In this document: positions 39,218 through 50,158 of the stretch, one piece after another | Layout: each line of letters opens with the position of its first letter | Numbering within the stretch: the stretch's first letter is position 1 | Origin: Candidatus Latescibacterota bacterium | GTDB lineage: Bacteria > Latescibacterota > UBA2968 > GCA-2709665 | NCBI GenBank assembly: GCA_965219455.1 | Contig: OZ244744.1 | Coordinates: forward strand, 1,056,001-1,120,000 | Length of the DNA stretch: 64,000 nt | Direction: 5' to 3' | The notes under the pieces: generated by a model | Database searches by the model: none | What the model saw: the letters and a program-made list of their open reading frames with translations, nothing else | What the model was told of the DNA's origin: nothing | Program-made: the position numbers and the translations under genes

Positions 39218-41440
39218 ATGCCAGGAATGCACTCTGGCGCGGCAGTTGTCCGAAGCGTGTTACTATTGTGTTTCGTTCTCGCAATGTTCAGCACGCCACC
39301 TTCGTCTGCAAACCAGAGGCCCCGAGTCGCGGTCGTGCTGAGTGGGGGAGGCGCGCGAGGTGGGGTACATATTGGCGTATTGCGCGTGCTCGAGCGCGAA
39401 GGCATACCCATCGATTTGATCGTGGGCGCGAGTTATGGCGCTTTGGTGGGAGGATTGTATGCTGCCGGATATTCTGTTGATGATCTCGAACGCATTGTTG
39501 TAGAAACAGATTGGTGGGAAATGACCAGCAACAGCCCTGACCGCCGTCTGTTGAATTTGCATCGCAAACCAATAGTCGATCGTCAGATGCTTGCATTGCG
39601 CCTCGATAAATTGGATCTGAAATTGCCTTTCGGGATGTTTGCCGGAAAAAAAATCCAGCATTTTCTCTATCAATTGACAATAGGCGCAACCTACCGGGCG
39701 CGAAACGATTTCGATCGCCTTCCAACGCCTTTTCGCGCAATTGCAACAGATATTGTAGCTGGCGAACAGGTCGTTCTAAAAGACGGCTCGCTCGGCGCGG
39801 CAATCAGAGCGAGTATTTCTATCCCCGGGGTATTTGTGCCTGTGAGTACAGGACAAACCCTTCTTGTGGATGGCGGCATTGTCAACAATCTGCCTGTAGA
39901 CGTCGCATTGGACGCCGGCGCTGATCTGGTTATTGCCGTGGATTGTGCCACCCCTTTGCGCACTCAAATGCACGAATTCGAAAATTTTATCGACGTCATC
40001 GATCAGGCTGTCAGTTTTCGAATCGAAGAAAAGAAAATGGTAAATCGAAAACTTGCCCATGTGTTGATGGTGCCCGATTTAAAAGGATTTGATAGCGGCG
40101 ATTTTAATCGCTCACATACAGTGATCCCGATTGGTGAAGAAGAAGCCGAAAAACATCTGGATGCGATCCGGAAAGCGCTGCAAGAGCTCGGCATTTCAAA
40201 ACGCGCTGGAAAGTCAAGAACGTCGATATTGCCGGATGATTTCGACTTTAGAACCTGGGCCGATATACCATCGGATATTGTCATCGACCGGGTGCGGATT
40301 GAGGGTTTGGAGCGCTACACAAGGGGCATTTCCATTGCAAGGTTGGAAAAGTTCATTAATAAGCCGACATCGTTTCGAGAACTGGAAGGTGAATCCGGCC
40401 GGTTATATGCGACGGGATTATTTCAAACGGTCGATTACCAGGTTATCTATCATGAAGACTATACCGAAGTGGTTTTTCAGGTGCTTGAAAACCCCCCAAG
40501 TGAATTGAAAATGGGACTTCGTTACGACAACGATTTTGGGGTTTCGGCACTGGCCGAGCTTGCACACCAAAATGTCTATGGCCGTGTAGTAGAGTTTTAT
40601 TTGCGCGGTTTATTGGGCTCTACCATGAAGTTTGGTGAATTGGATTTGGTTTTTCGCTCATTCAAGGGGCTGAGTCTTCTCGGGGAGATTCACGGCTGGA
40701 AACAAGAACGGGTGGCATATTATGAAGGAGAACCCCAGCAAACGTATTACGAGAGGCGTCTTCGCGGGCGATTGGGCATGCAGATTCTGTCCCATAGCTG
40801 GGGAGGTATCAACCTGGGGTATCAACTTGAGCATATGCTCATTCGCGATGAGCGCCAGGAATATGAGTCCGACTATCTACCCGCCCTTTGGCTATCTGCA
40901 GGTATCGACACGCGAGACGATGTGTTTGTGCCAAGACAAGGCTTCTATTTTAAAACGCAGGCAAAATGGGTCCATCGGACATTTTCACACAAGCAGGTGC
41001 AGACACGGCTCGCGTACTTCGCCAGCCCCCATCCGCAGCTGAGTGTGGGCTTCTGGTCTCACGGAGGCTACGTGACACAGCCCGCACCGATTGATGAAAA
41101 CTTCCTGCTGGGTGGTGCAGGACACTTGAGCAGCGCAGCATTGCGCGTTGTCGGTCTCCGGCGAGACGAACTTTCAGCTTTCAGGTTCGTATCGGCGCGC
41201 ATTTCTATTTGGAGCCACCTGAGATTCTGGGAATCCATACAGCGCAGCGCTATTGGCGTTTTCTATCAGGGCGGGCGGTACTATTTTCCTGCCTATACGG
41301 ATCAGCCATATACCAACATTCATGGTTTTGGTATCGGGGGTTATATCAACACGAAGATTTTTGGCCCCATTCGCATTGATATTGTGAGCACGAAAAAAAG
41401 GGATGTCCAGGTTTATACCGCAATCGGATTTGCGTTTTAA
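39218..41440 (+). CDS. Patatin-POTRA-Omp85 barrel protein (PlpD/type Vd-like), paralog 1
   Basis: Motifs VLSGGGARG, GASYG and VDGG; a POTRA-like segment; DTRDD barrel motif; terminal IGFAF. Start uncertain. Confidence 0.88.
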   Translation: MPGMHSGAAVVRSVLLLCFVLAMFSTPPSSANQRPRVAVVLSGGGARGGVHIGVLRVLEREGIPIDLIVGASYGALVGGLYAAGYSVDDLERIVVETDWWEMTSNSPDRRLLNLHRKPIVDRQMLALRLDKLDLKLPFGMFAGKKIQHFLYQLTIGATYRARNDFDRLPTPFRAIATDIVAGEQVVLKDGSLGAAIRASISIPGVFVPVSTGQTLLVDGGIVNNLPVDVALDAGADLVIAVDCATPLRTQMHEFENFIDVIDQAVSFRIEEKKMVNRKLAHVLMVPDLKGFDSGDFNRSHTVIPIGEEEAEKHLDAIRKALQELGISKRAGKSRTSILPDDFDFRTWADIPSDIVIDRVRIEGLERYTRGISIARLEKFINKPTSFRELEGESGRLYATGLFQTVDYQVIYHEDYTEVVFQVLENPPSELKMGLRYDNDFGVSALAELAHQNVYGRVVEFYLRGLLGSTMKFGELDLVFRSFKGLSLLGEIHGWKQERVAYYEGEPQQTYYERRLRGRLGMQILSHSWGGINLGYQLEHMLIRDERQEYESDYLPALWLSAGIDTRDDVFVPRQGFYFKTQAKWVHRTFSHKQVQTRLAYFASPHPQLSVGFWSHGGYVTQPAPIDENFLLGGAGHLSSAALRVVGLRRDELSAFRFVSARISIWSHLRFWESIQRSAIGVFYQGGRYYFPAYTDQPYTNIHGFGIGGYINTKIFGPIRIDIVSTKKRDVQVYTAIGFAF

Positions 41441-41556
41441 CGTATTGGAGATTCCGGGCTTATCGGTCCTCAGACCCCGACGCGCTGAATCATTCAGGTT
41501 GTTTTTCCGATGGGTTACCCAGAAGGCGGTGGAATCCATCTAATGCAGGGAACCAG

Positions 41557-43806
41557 ATGACGGACGAAAAATTCCACCCGAAAAAACGCGTGAGGGTTCA
41601 GCGCCCATTCGTCCGGAGCGTGTTACTATTGTGTTTCGGTCTTGCCGTGTTCAGCACGCTACCTTCGTCTGCGAATCAGAGGCCCCGTGTCGCGGTCGTG
41701 CTGAGTGGGGGCGGCGCACGCGGAGGGGCGCATATCGGCGTGCTGCGCGTACTCGAGCGCGAAGGCGTACCTATAGACATGATTGTGGGGGTGAGTTACG
41801 GCGCCCTGGTCGGGGGATTGTACGCCGCGGGATTTTCCGTTGACGATCTCGAACGCGTCATTCTGGAGACAGACTGGTGGGAGATTACCAGCAACAGCCC
41901 CGACCGCCGTCTGTCCAACATGAATCGCAAACCAATGGCCGACCGTCAGATGTTCGCGTTGCACCTTGAGGAATTGAAACTGAAATTGCCTTATGGCATT
42001 TTTGCCGGACAAAAGATCCATCAGTTCCTCAATCAACTGACCATTGGCGCAACCTTTAGGGCGCGCAACGACTTCGATCAACTACCAACGCCTTTTCGGT
42101 CAATCGCAACCGACATTCTGTCCGGAGAACAGGTCGTGATCGATAGCGGCTCGCTCGGCGCCGCGATCAGGGCCAGTATTTCCGTTCCAGGGGTATTCGC
42201 GCCGCTGAGTACGGAAAATACCCATCTCGTGGATGGCGGCATCGTCAATAACCTGCCGGTGGACGTCGCATTGGACGCAGGCGCCGATTTTGTCATTGCC
42301 GTAGACTGCGCCACGCCCCTGCGTACATTAAAAGAGGAAATTCAGGATATTATCGACGTCATCGACCAGGCCGTCAGTTTTCGGATAGAAGAAAGAAAGA
42401 TCGCAAACCGGAAACGCTCCCACGTGTTGATATTGCCCGAACTGCACAACTTCGATGGAAGCGATTTCAATCGGTCGTATACCCTGATTCCGATTGGTGA
42501 AAAGGCAACTGAAAAGGAATTGGACACGATCTGGACGGCATTGCAGACGCTTGGAGTACCAAGAAGCGTCGGAAAATCAAGAACGTCCAGATTGCCGGAA
42601 GCGTTCGATATCAATACGTGGGTGGATATACCACCGGACGTGGTAATCGACCGGGTTCGGATAGAGGGTGTACAGCGTTATTCCGAGGCCCTGTTCAAGG
42701 TACGGCTGGAAAAGTTCGTCAACAGGCCGATATCCTTCAAGGAACTCGAACGCGAGTGCGGCCGTCTGCATGCGACCGGATTGTTTCAGACGGTCGATTT
42801 CCACGTCTACTATCATGAAGGCGAGACCGAATTGGTCTTTCACGTGCTCGAAAACCCCCCAAGCGAGTTGAAAGTGGGGATTCATTACAACAACGATTAC
42901 CGGGTCTCGGTGCTGGGCGAGATTGCGCACCAAAGTACACTTGGCCGCATATCGGAACTCCATATTCGCGGACTGCTAGGCAATTTGAATTTTGCTGAAC
43001 TGGTCATGATTTTCCGGACCTCCGGGCGTCTCGGTCTGCTGGGGGAGGTCCAGGCCTGGAACCAGGATCGTTTGTATTTTCGAAATCGGCAGCGTGAGGG
43101 TGGGTACGAAGAACGGCGTTTTCGCTCGCGACTTGGATTGCAGGCACTGTTCCACAGCTGGGGTAGTTTCCAGGCAGGGTACCAGGTGGAGCACGCCCGT
43201 ATCCGCTATGCGGCCCGTTCAATAGGCGATGCATCCGAATTCCTGCCCGGCTTATGGTTATCCGCAGGGATTGACACACGAGACGACTCGATGGTGCCAA
43301 CGCAGGGCGTCTATTTTCAGACACGCGCAAAATGGATTCACCGGACGTTTTCACATAAGCAGATTCAAACCCAACTCGAGTTCTTCGCCAGTCCCCGTTC
43401 GCAATGGAGTGTGGGCTTCTCGTCCATCGGAGGCTACGTGACACAGCCAGCTCCTGTATTCGAATTCTTCCCATTGGGCGGCGCGGGACATTTCAGCAGC
43501 GCGGCATTGCCGGTCGTCGGACTCAAGCGGGATGAACTGCGGGTTGCCAGGTTCGCATCGGTAGGCATATCGCTATGGAGACAGGTTAAATTCTGGGAGT
43601 CGGTGCCGCGCAGTGGTATCGGGATTTTCTATCAGGGCGGACTATATGATATGAGTTCAAATCCGAAGCAGGATTATACACCTATCCACGGCTTCGGAGT
43701 TGGGGGCTATATCAACACGACGCTATTGGGACCCATTCGCGTTGAAATTGTGAGCACCCAGAAGAAGGATATCAAGATTAACGCCTCAATCGGTTTCGGA
43801 TTCTAA
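41557..43806 (+). CDS. Patatin-POTRA-Omp85 barrel protein, paralog 2
   Basis: Motifs VLSGGGARG, GVSYG and VDGG; terminal IGFGF. Co-linear with paralog 1. Confidence 0.88.
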   Translation: MTDEKFHPKKRVRVQRPFVRSVLLLCFGLAVFSTLPSSANQRPRVAVVLSGGGARGGAHIGVLRVLEREGVPIDMIVGVSYGALVGGLYAAGFSVDDLERVILETDWWEITSNSPDRRLSNMNRKPMADRQMFALHLEELKLKLPYGIFAGQKIHQFLNQLTIGATFRARNDFDQLPTPFRSIATDILSGEQVVIDSGSLGAAIRASISVPGVFAPLSTENTHLVDGGIVNNLPVDVALDAGADFVIAVDCATPLRTLKEEIQDIIDVIDQAVSFRIEERKIANRKRSHVLILPELHNFDGSDFNRSYTLIPIGEKATEKELDTIWTALQTLGVPRSVGKSRTSRLPEAFDINTWVDIPPDVVIDRVRIEGVQRYSEALFKVRLEKFVNRPISFKELERECGRLHATGLFQTVDFHVYYHEGETELVFHVLENPPSELKVGIHYNNDYRVSVLGEIAHQSTLGRISELHIRGLLGNLNFAELVMIFRTSGRLGLLGEVQAWNQDRLYFRNRQREGGYEERRFRSRLGLQALFHSWGSFQAGYQVEHARIRYAARSIGDASEFLPGLWLSAGIDTRDDSMVPTQGVYFQTRAKWIHRTFSHKQIQTQLEFFASPRSQWSVGFSSIGGYVTQPAPVFEFFPLGGAGHFSSAALPVVGLKRDELRVARFASVGISLWRQVKFWESVPRSGIGIFYQGGLYDMSSNPKQDYTPIHGFGVGGYINTTLLGPIRVEIVSTQKKDIKINASIGFGF

Positions 43807-44105
43807 CCTTGATTCGACATTTTTCGGGGACGTTAAGTCGCATATACGCAAGTGAATAAAGGCGATTTGACGTCGGATTTCCAGGATACTTAAGGTCACT
43901 GAACGTAAACGGGAAAAACATCCCTTTGGACGACCTTTACGCCCCGTTTCGGAAGGTTTCGTCGCGGTGCCGCGTTGCTGTTTCTTTCGAATTGAAGCTA
44001 ATGTCCAGGGTTATTCCTGGTTGCGGCGCGTTGAAGTGCTGCAGAATCGAATTTAACCGGACAGCGTCAGGTTGTCCGAATCAACCTGAATCACAAAGGA
44101 CAAGA

Positions 44106-46826
44106 ATGTCATTCACCAGGTGGAACCCCCTTTTTTTCATGCTCGTGCTCGCTTTTTCCGTTCCCGCAGAATCCGCCTCTCAGAAGGATTCACCGGCTCC
44201 AGGGTCCAGGATTCATCGATCCGTTCCTCCGCCTGGAGCAAAAACCCATAAGGTGATTCCAGGTGAGAGATTTCGCGCAGACGGATTCAAACGCTGGTTC
44301 TACGGCGACAATTACCGTGATCTCTGGAATACCCCCGTCGAGGTCGCGGTTCTTGACCTGGACAGCGTGGGAGGCGGACTTACGCCCCTTCGCACCGGCG
44401 GATTCGGACAATCCATTTCTCTTCACTTTACAGGCAAAAACGGCCGTCGTTATACAGTGCGTTCGCTGGACAAAGATGCCACCAGGAGGGTCCCCGACGG
44501 AATCGCGGATACGTTCGTAGGCGACGTCCTTCAGGATCTGATCTGCGCGATGCTTCCGACGGGCGCGCTCGTAGTCGATCCGCTGATGAAGGCCGCAGGC
44601 ATCCTCCATTCCAGGCATACGCTCGTCGTCATTCCGGACGACCCCAGGCTTGGGGAATTCCGTGGAGCGTTTGCCGGTCTGATTGGCATGCTGCAGGAAC
44701 ACCCTTCCGAAGGACCGGACGATACGCCCGGCTTCGCAGGTTCCCGGAAGGTCAGCGGCACGGAGAAGGTGATGAAAACCCTGGAAAAAAGCCCGTGTAA
44801 CCGCGTGGATGCCCGCGCCTTTCTGAAAGCGAGACTGATGGATTTCCTCATCAACGACAAGGACCGCCATCACGGGCAGTGGAGATGGGCGCGGTTCCCC
44901 GACGGCGATTGCCATACATGGCTCCCGATACCGGAGGATCGCGATCAGGCATTTATCCATTTCGAAGGGCTTGCCATGGCAATGGCAAGACGACAATTCC
45001 CCATACAGATCCAGTTTCAGAGGACGTATCCCAGTTTAGTCGGTCTCACGCTGACCGGGTGGGAAATAGACCGCGAATTCCTGGTCGAACTCGACAGGGC
45101 TGCGTGGGATTCGGTAGTAACGTCCTTTTGCGCGAGTCTGACCGACCGGGTTATCGACGACGCCGTGAGAGAGTTGCCGCCTCCGTATTACAAGAGGGTT
45201 GGAAAGACCCTGGCCGAAGCCCTCAAATCGAGGCGGAACGCTTTACCGGAGTTTGCCGCCAGTTACTATGAATTGATTTTACACGAGGCCGAAATATGGG
45301 CAACCGACAAAGACGAATACGTCCAGTGTGAGCACCGTCCGAACGGCGATCTCAGAGTCCGAATTGGCCTGATGGAGGGCGTTGGTGGTGAAAGGAAGAC
45401 GCCTTATTTCCAAAGGACGTTTCATCCCGAAGAAACCAGGGAAGTCAGAATACACCTCCGGGGAGGAGAAGACCGCGCCGAAATATCGGGAACGAAAGGG
45501 CGGATTGTCGTTCGCATCGATGGCGGGGGCGGAGATGACACGCTCACGAACTCATCCGTCGCCGGCGCCTCCAAGACGAGGTTTTATGATTCACGTGGAT
45601 CGAACCGGTTCGTCAAGGGCAACGGAGCGAGGATCGACGAGCGTCCTTACCAGCGGCCACATGGATCGCATACGCCGAATGCCAGGTACGCACTGGATTG
45701 GGGAAAGCGCACTGCGAATCTCCCGATTTTTATGATAAATCCGGACCTGCACGTGTACGCGGGAGTGCAGCATATCCGGCAGTATTACGGCTATCGGAAA
45801 GACCCGTTCTCTTCACAACACGATTTTACCGTCGGTCTTGCAGCACTCGACGGTCCCAAAAGCGTCAAGCCGTTTGTTTCCTATATGGGAAACTTTCGCC
45901 AGCCGGTGCGCTCCTTCGATGCCAGGGTCCACGTTGGGTACTCCGGGATCCAGCTGCTCAGATTCAACGGTTTCGGAAACAACACGGAGATTTCGCAACC
46001 GAAGTCCTATTACAAGTTGGAGCAGGGACTCCTCGTTTTCGCACCGGCGCTCGGGTTCCGGGCAAAAGACCATGAAGAAAACGTTCCGAGCGTTGGTATC
46101 GAGTCGCTTCGCTCGAAATTAAACGTTGACTTTGGGCCGATCATAAAGTATTCAAATGTACCGCTCAGTTCCAACAAGGGGAAGTACGTCGGTTCGCTCG
46201 ATCAACCCATGTACGGTACGGGTTCCTTCACTCAGGCAGGCGCACAGGCGGAAGTCATCTGCGATATGCGTGACAATCCGTTGTACTCCACTCAGGGGAT
46301 CTGGGTCAGGGTGGGCGGCGCCGTATACCCTGGGTTCGGGACTGTGGAATCGACATTCGGAAACATAGATCTGGTAGCCAGTACTTACCTGACCGGGCGT
46401 ATGCCGACGAACCCGACACTTGCTCTTCGAGCGGGAGGCAAGAAGGTATGGGGGACTTTCCCCTTCTACGAAAGCGCCTTTCTGGGCGGTCCCGGTGCGC
46501 TTGGCGCCGGCATTTCCAGAGGCAACCTGCGCGGCTTCCGGAAAAACCGGTTCGCCGGAGACGCTTCCCTGTATGGAAATTCGGAGCTTCGGCTGGTTCT
46601 CACAAAAATTGAACTGTTCGTGGAGGGAGAGCTGGGGCTGTTCGGCACCGCGGACGCCGGAAGGGTGTTTTATGACGGAGATCCTGCAAGTGCCGACAGA
46701 TGGCACACCAGTATCGGGGGTGGATTCTGGCTGTCCTTCCTCCAGCGCAGGCACACCTTGAGCGCGGCTGTCGTAAAAGGCGACGATCTGACGGGAGTAT
46801 ATCTGCGCGGCGGTTTCATGTTCTAA
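44106..46826 (+). CDS. Omp85/BamA-TamA family barrel protein with N-terminal atypical kinase-like domain, paralog 1
   Basis: Signal peptide; motifs GGFGQS, DFLINDKDRHHGQW and PEDRDQAF; barrel motif LRGFRKNRFAG; terminal GFMF. AAGGA RBS. Confidence 0.82.
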   Translation: MSFTRWNPLFFMLVLAFSVPAESASQKDSPAPGSRIHRSVPPPGAKTHKVIPGERFRADGFKRWFYGDNYRDLWNTPVEVAVLDLDSVGGGLTPLRTGGFGQSISLHFTGKNGRRYTVRSLDKDATRRVPDGIADTFVGDVLQDLICAMLPTGALVVDPLMKAAGILHSRHTLVVIPDDPRLGEFRGAFAGLIGMLQEHPSEGPDDTPGFAGSRKVSGTEKVMKTLEKSPCNRVDARAFLKARLMDFLINDKDRHHGQWRWARFPDGDCHTWLPIPEDRDQAFIHFEGLAMAMARRQFPIQIQFQRTYPSLVGLTLTGWEIDREFLVELDRAAWDSVVTSFCASLTDRVIDDAVRELPPPYYKRVGKTLAEALKSRRNALPEFAASYYELILHEAEIWATDKDEYVQCEHRPNGDLRVRIGLMEGVGGERKTPYFQRTFHPEETREVRIHLRGGEDRAEISGTKGRIVVRIDGGGGDDTLTNSSVAGASKTRFYDSRGSNRFVKGNGARIDERPYQRPHGSHTPNARYALDWGKRTANLPIFMINPDLHVYAGVQHIRQYYGYRKDPFSSQHDFTVGLAALDGPKSVKPFVSYMGNFRQPVRSFDARVHVGYSGIQLLRFNGFGNNTEISQPKSYYKLEQGLLVFAPALGFRAKDHEENVPSVGIESLRSKLNVDFGPIIKYSNVPLSSNKGKYVGSLDQPMYGTGSFTQAGAQAEVICDMRDNPLYSTQGIWVRVGGAVYPGFGTVESTFGNIDLVASTYLTGRMPTNPTLALRAGGKKVWGTFPFYESAFLGGPGALGAGISRGNLRGFRKNRFAGDASLYGNSELRLVLTKIELFVEGELGLFGTADAGRVFYDGDPASADRWHTSIGGGFWLSFLQRRHTLSAAVVKGDDLTGVYLRGGFMF

Positions 46827-47161
46827 GAGCCTGCCGGAGATCCGCAGTTCTGCCCTTATGCCGTTGTAACTTTACCAGTCTATATTCACTGAGAATAGTG
46901 GGTATTGTCTTCATGCGGTTCCTCCCGGTCCGTCAAGGAACTACCGGACAGGATCCGATTTCTTGTTCACAACGACTCAACCTTAATTCGTCTTATTTCG
47001 GCGAAGTCACGCTATACCTTATATATTGACGTGGCAGTGAAAGACCTCCCCGGATCTCAGTTAACGGGGGTCAACCGGACTTGCGGTCTGACTTATCGCA
47101 GAAATGCATTCATCTGTCCAGTTTCCCGTTGTCAAAGCCACCAAGTAGCCGAAGGGCAATA

Positions 47162-49864
47162 ATGGGTTTATCCAAATGGGGTTTCCTTGCATTCCTGGGG
47201 TTTGCTCTATCTGTTCCGGCAGAATCCACGCCTCAGAAGGATTCACCGGCTCCAGGGCACAGAATTCACCGGTCGATTCCGCCGCCTGGCGCGAAGACCC
47301 ATTTGGTGATTCCTGGTGAGAGATTCCGCGCCGGTTGGTTCCAACGCTGGTTTTACGGCAGCGATTACCGGGATCTCTGGACTACCCCTATCGAGATTGT
47401 GGTCCTCGACCTGGACAGTATTGGAGGTGGCTTGACGCCGCTTCGCACCGGCGGCGCAGGACAATCTATATCTCTGCATTTTAGAGGGCAAGACGGACGC
47501 CGATATACGGTTCGGTCGTTGGATAAAGACCCTACCAAGAGGATATGGGACGAACTCAGGGATACGATCGTGGAGGACGTCCTGCAGGACTTGATCAGTG
47601 CGCTTCTACCCACCGGAGCGCTTGTTGTGGACCCGCTGATGGAAGCCACGGGTATTCTGCACGCGAAGCATACGCTCGTCGTAATCCCCAACGACACCAG
47701 ACTCATGGAGTTCCAAGGGGAGTTTGCTGGCTTAGTAGGACTGCTGCAGGAACACCCTTCCGAAGGGCCCGACGATACGCCCGGTTTTGCCCATTCCCGG
47801 AAGATCAGTGGAACGAAAAAGCTGCGGAAACACCTTGAAAAAGGCCCGTGCAACCGCGTCGATGCACGTGCCTATCTGAAAGCGAGGCTGTTGGATCTTC
47901 TCATCAACGACAAGGACCGTCACTACGATCAGTGGAGGTGGGCGCGGTTTCCCGATGGCGGCTGCTATACCTGGCTTCCAATACCCGAGGACCGGGACCA
48001 GGCATTTATCGACTTGGACGGATTTGCTATGGCATTGGTGCGTAGAGCACACCCCAGGCAAATCGAGTTCGACGACAAATATCCAAGTCTGGTAGGCCTA
48101 TCGACTACCGGCTGGGAAATGGATCGCGAGTTCCTGGTCGAACTCAATTGGACTGCATGGGATTCGGTAATAGCGGAGTTTCGCGGGGACTTGCCGGATT
48201 CGGTCATGGAGAATGCGGTTCGGAAGCTCCCGCAACCGTATTACGAGATCGTTGGAGAATCTCTTGCACAGGCGCTTAAAGCGAGGCGGGACGCATTGCC
48301 TGGATTCGCCCTGAGATACTATAAGTTGATCACCCGAGAAGCCGAAATCCAGGCGACTGATCGGGACGAATACGTCCTGTGTGAGCATCTTCCGAGCGGT
48401 GACCTCGCGGTACGCATTGGCCTAACGGAGGGCGACGAGAGAGAACGGCAGACGGCCTATTTCCGGCGGACCTTCCGCGCCCAGGAAACCAGTGAGGTCC
48501 GAATATACCTGCGTGGAGGAGACGATCAATCGGAGATAGTGGGGAGCGGGGGACGGATTGCCGTTCGCATCGATGGCGGCGGCGGGAACGACTCGTTTAC
48601 AAACGAATCCCGGGCTGGTACTTCAAAGACCCGGTTTTATGATTATCGTGGAAAAAATCGGTTCAGTAAAGGCAGTGGTGCGAAAATCGACGAGCGACCC
48701 TACACACGTCCTCCCGCACGACGCCTTACCGCGCGGTATGCACTCGACTGGGGCATGCAATCAATTACGTTCCCCATTGTCATGGCGGGACCGGACCTGG
48801 GCGTTTTCGTGCGAATGCTCCATAGCCGGCAGTATTTCGGCTATCGAAAAACTCCTTTCTCTTCGCAACTTTTTTTTAACGTGGGGCTGGCGAGAAACAA
48901 CAATCTTCTGCCCTTTGTTTCCTTTACCGGGAACTTCCGCCAACTGTTTCACGACGTCGACATGAAGGTCGACTTCAAGTACTCCGGAATCCAGACGATC
49001 CGGTTCAATGGATTCGGCAACGGAACAGAACTTCGGAATCCATCCTCCTTCTACAATTTACGGCAGAAGCATGTCGTATTTGCACCGGCCATCGAGTTTC
49101 GAACGGATCTGCACAAAGATAACAGGCACGGTGGGATAGCACCGGTTCGCTCGAAACTGAACGTTGGCCTGGGGCCGATCGTCAAGTATTCAAACACACC
49201 TCTGGATACCAATAGGGAGACCTACATAGGTTCGCTCAATCTCCCGCAATACGGTACGGGTTCCTTCGGCCAGGCAGGCGTCCAGGGTGAAATCAGGTTC
49301 GACACGCGTGATAATCCGGGGTTCGCCACCCGGGGATTCCTGGTCAGTGTTTCTGGCGCCGTCTACCCGGGAGTCTGGAACGTGGAATCGGCCTTTGGTA
49401 GAACAAACGGAGCAGCACACATTTACATGACGGCTCGAATGCCGACTGACCCGACCCTTGCCCTAAGAGCCGGTGGCAAGAAGGTGTGGGGACATTTTCC
49501 CTTCCACGAAAGCGCCTTCCTTGGCGGTCCCGGCTTTGCCGGCGGTGGCGCGCACAGTGGCAATTTACGCGGTTTCCGGAAAAACCGGTTCGCCGGAGAT
49601 ACGTCGTTGTATGGAAACTCCGAGCTACGGTTGGTTCTGGCCAAAATCAGGATCCTGGTACCAGGAGAGTTCGGCCTGTTCGGGATGGTGGATACAGGCC
49701 GGGTTTTCTATGACGGAGACCCGCACAATGGGAACACATGGCATACCAGCCTGGGTGGCGGAATATGGTTGTCATTCCTCAGGCGACGGCAGACCTTGAG
49801 CGTCGCAATCGTGAATGGAGACGATTTGACGGGAGTATATCTGCGCTCTGGTTTTTTGTTCTAA
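47162..49864 (+). CDS. Omp85/BamA-TamA family barrel protein with N-terminal atypical kinase-like domain, paralog 2
   Basis: Signal peptide; motifs GGAGQS, DLLINDKDRHYDQW, PEDRDQAF and LRGFRKNRFAG; terminal GFLF. Confidence 0.82.
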   Translation: MGLSKWGFLAFLGFALSVPAESTPQKDSPAPGHRIHRSIPPPGAKTHLVIPGERFRAGWFQRWFYGSDYRDLWTTPIEIVVLDLDSIGGGLTPLRTGGAGQSISLHFRGQDGRRYTVRSLDKDPTKRIWDELRDTIVEDVLQDLISALLPTGALVVDPLMEATGILHAKHTLVVIPNDTRLMEFQGEFAGLVGLLQEHPSEGPDDTPGFAHSRKISGTKKLRKHLEKGPCNRVDARAYLKARLLDLLINDKDRHYDQWRWARFPDGGCYTWLPIPEDRDQAFIDLDGFAMALVRRAHPRQIEFDDKYPSLVGLSTTGWEMDREFLVELNWTAWDSVIAEFRGDLPDSVMENAVRKLPQPYYEIVGESLAQALKARRDALPGFALRYYKLITREAEIQATDRDEYVLCEHLPSGDLAVRIGLTEGDERERQTAYFRRTFRAQETSEVRIYLRGGDDQSEIVGSGGRIAVRIDGGGGNDSFTNESRAGTSKTRFYDYRGKNRFSKGSGAKIDERPYTRPPARRLTARYALDWGMQSITFPIVMAGPDLGVFVRMLHSRQYFGYRKTPFSSQLFFNVGLARNNNLLPFVSFTGNFRQLFHDVDMKVDFKYSGIQTIRFNGFGNGTELRNPSSFYNLRQKHVVFAPAIEFRTDLHKDNRHGGIAPVRSKLNVGLGPIVKYSNTPLDTNRETYIGSLNLPQYGTGSFGQAGVQGEIRFDTRDNPGFATRGFLVSVSGAVYPGVWNVESAFGRTNGAAHIYMTARMPTDPTLALRAGGKKVWGHFPFHESAFLGGPGFAGGGAHSGNLRGFRKNRFAGDTSLYGNSELRLVLAKIRILVPGEFGLFGMVDTGRVFYDGDPHNGNTWHTSLGGGIWLSFLRRRQTLSVAIVNGDDLTGVYLRSGFLF

Positions 49865-50158
49865 TGTCTCTCTCGGAAAAGTCGTTGACCAGTTTTTGAA
49901 ATGTCCTATGTTCTCTCATGCGCGCCTGGCGCACCCTTCAACAATTAAGGGCATCATGGGGAGAGCGACCTCGGAAGCCGAGCAATCGCGTAAATCTGTT
50001 TCCGGGCTATAACACCCGTAGCCCGTCAAAATGCCTTTACGTTCGTCTTCGTGAACACAGATGTCGCATTATTGACAGATTAAAACGCCACAGATTTTAC
50101 GAGAGCCGGACAGAATTCGGATTCTCCGTCAGGCTACTAGCCAGTCAAGGAGGATGCT

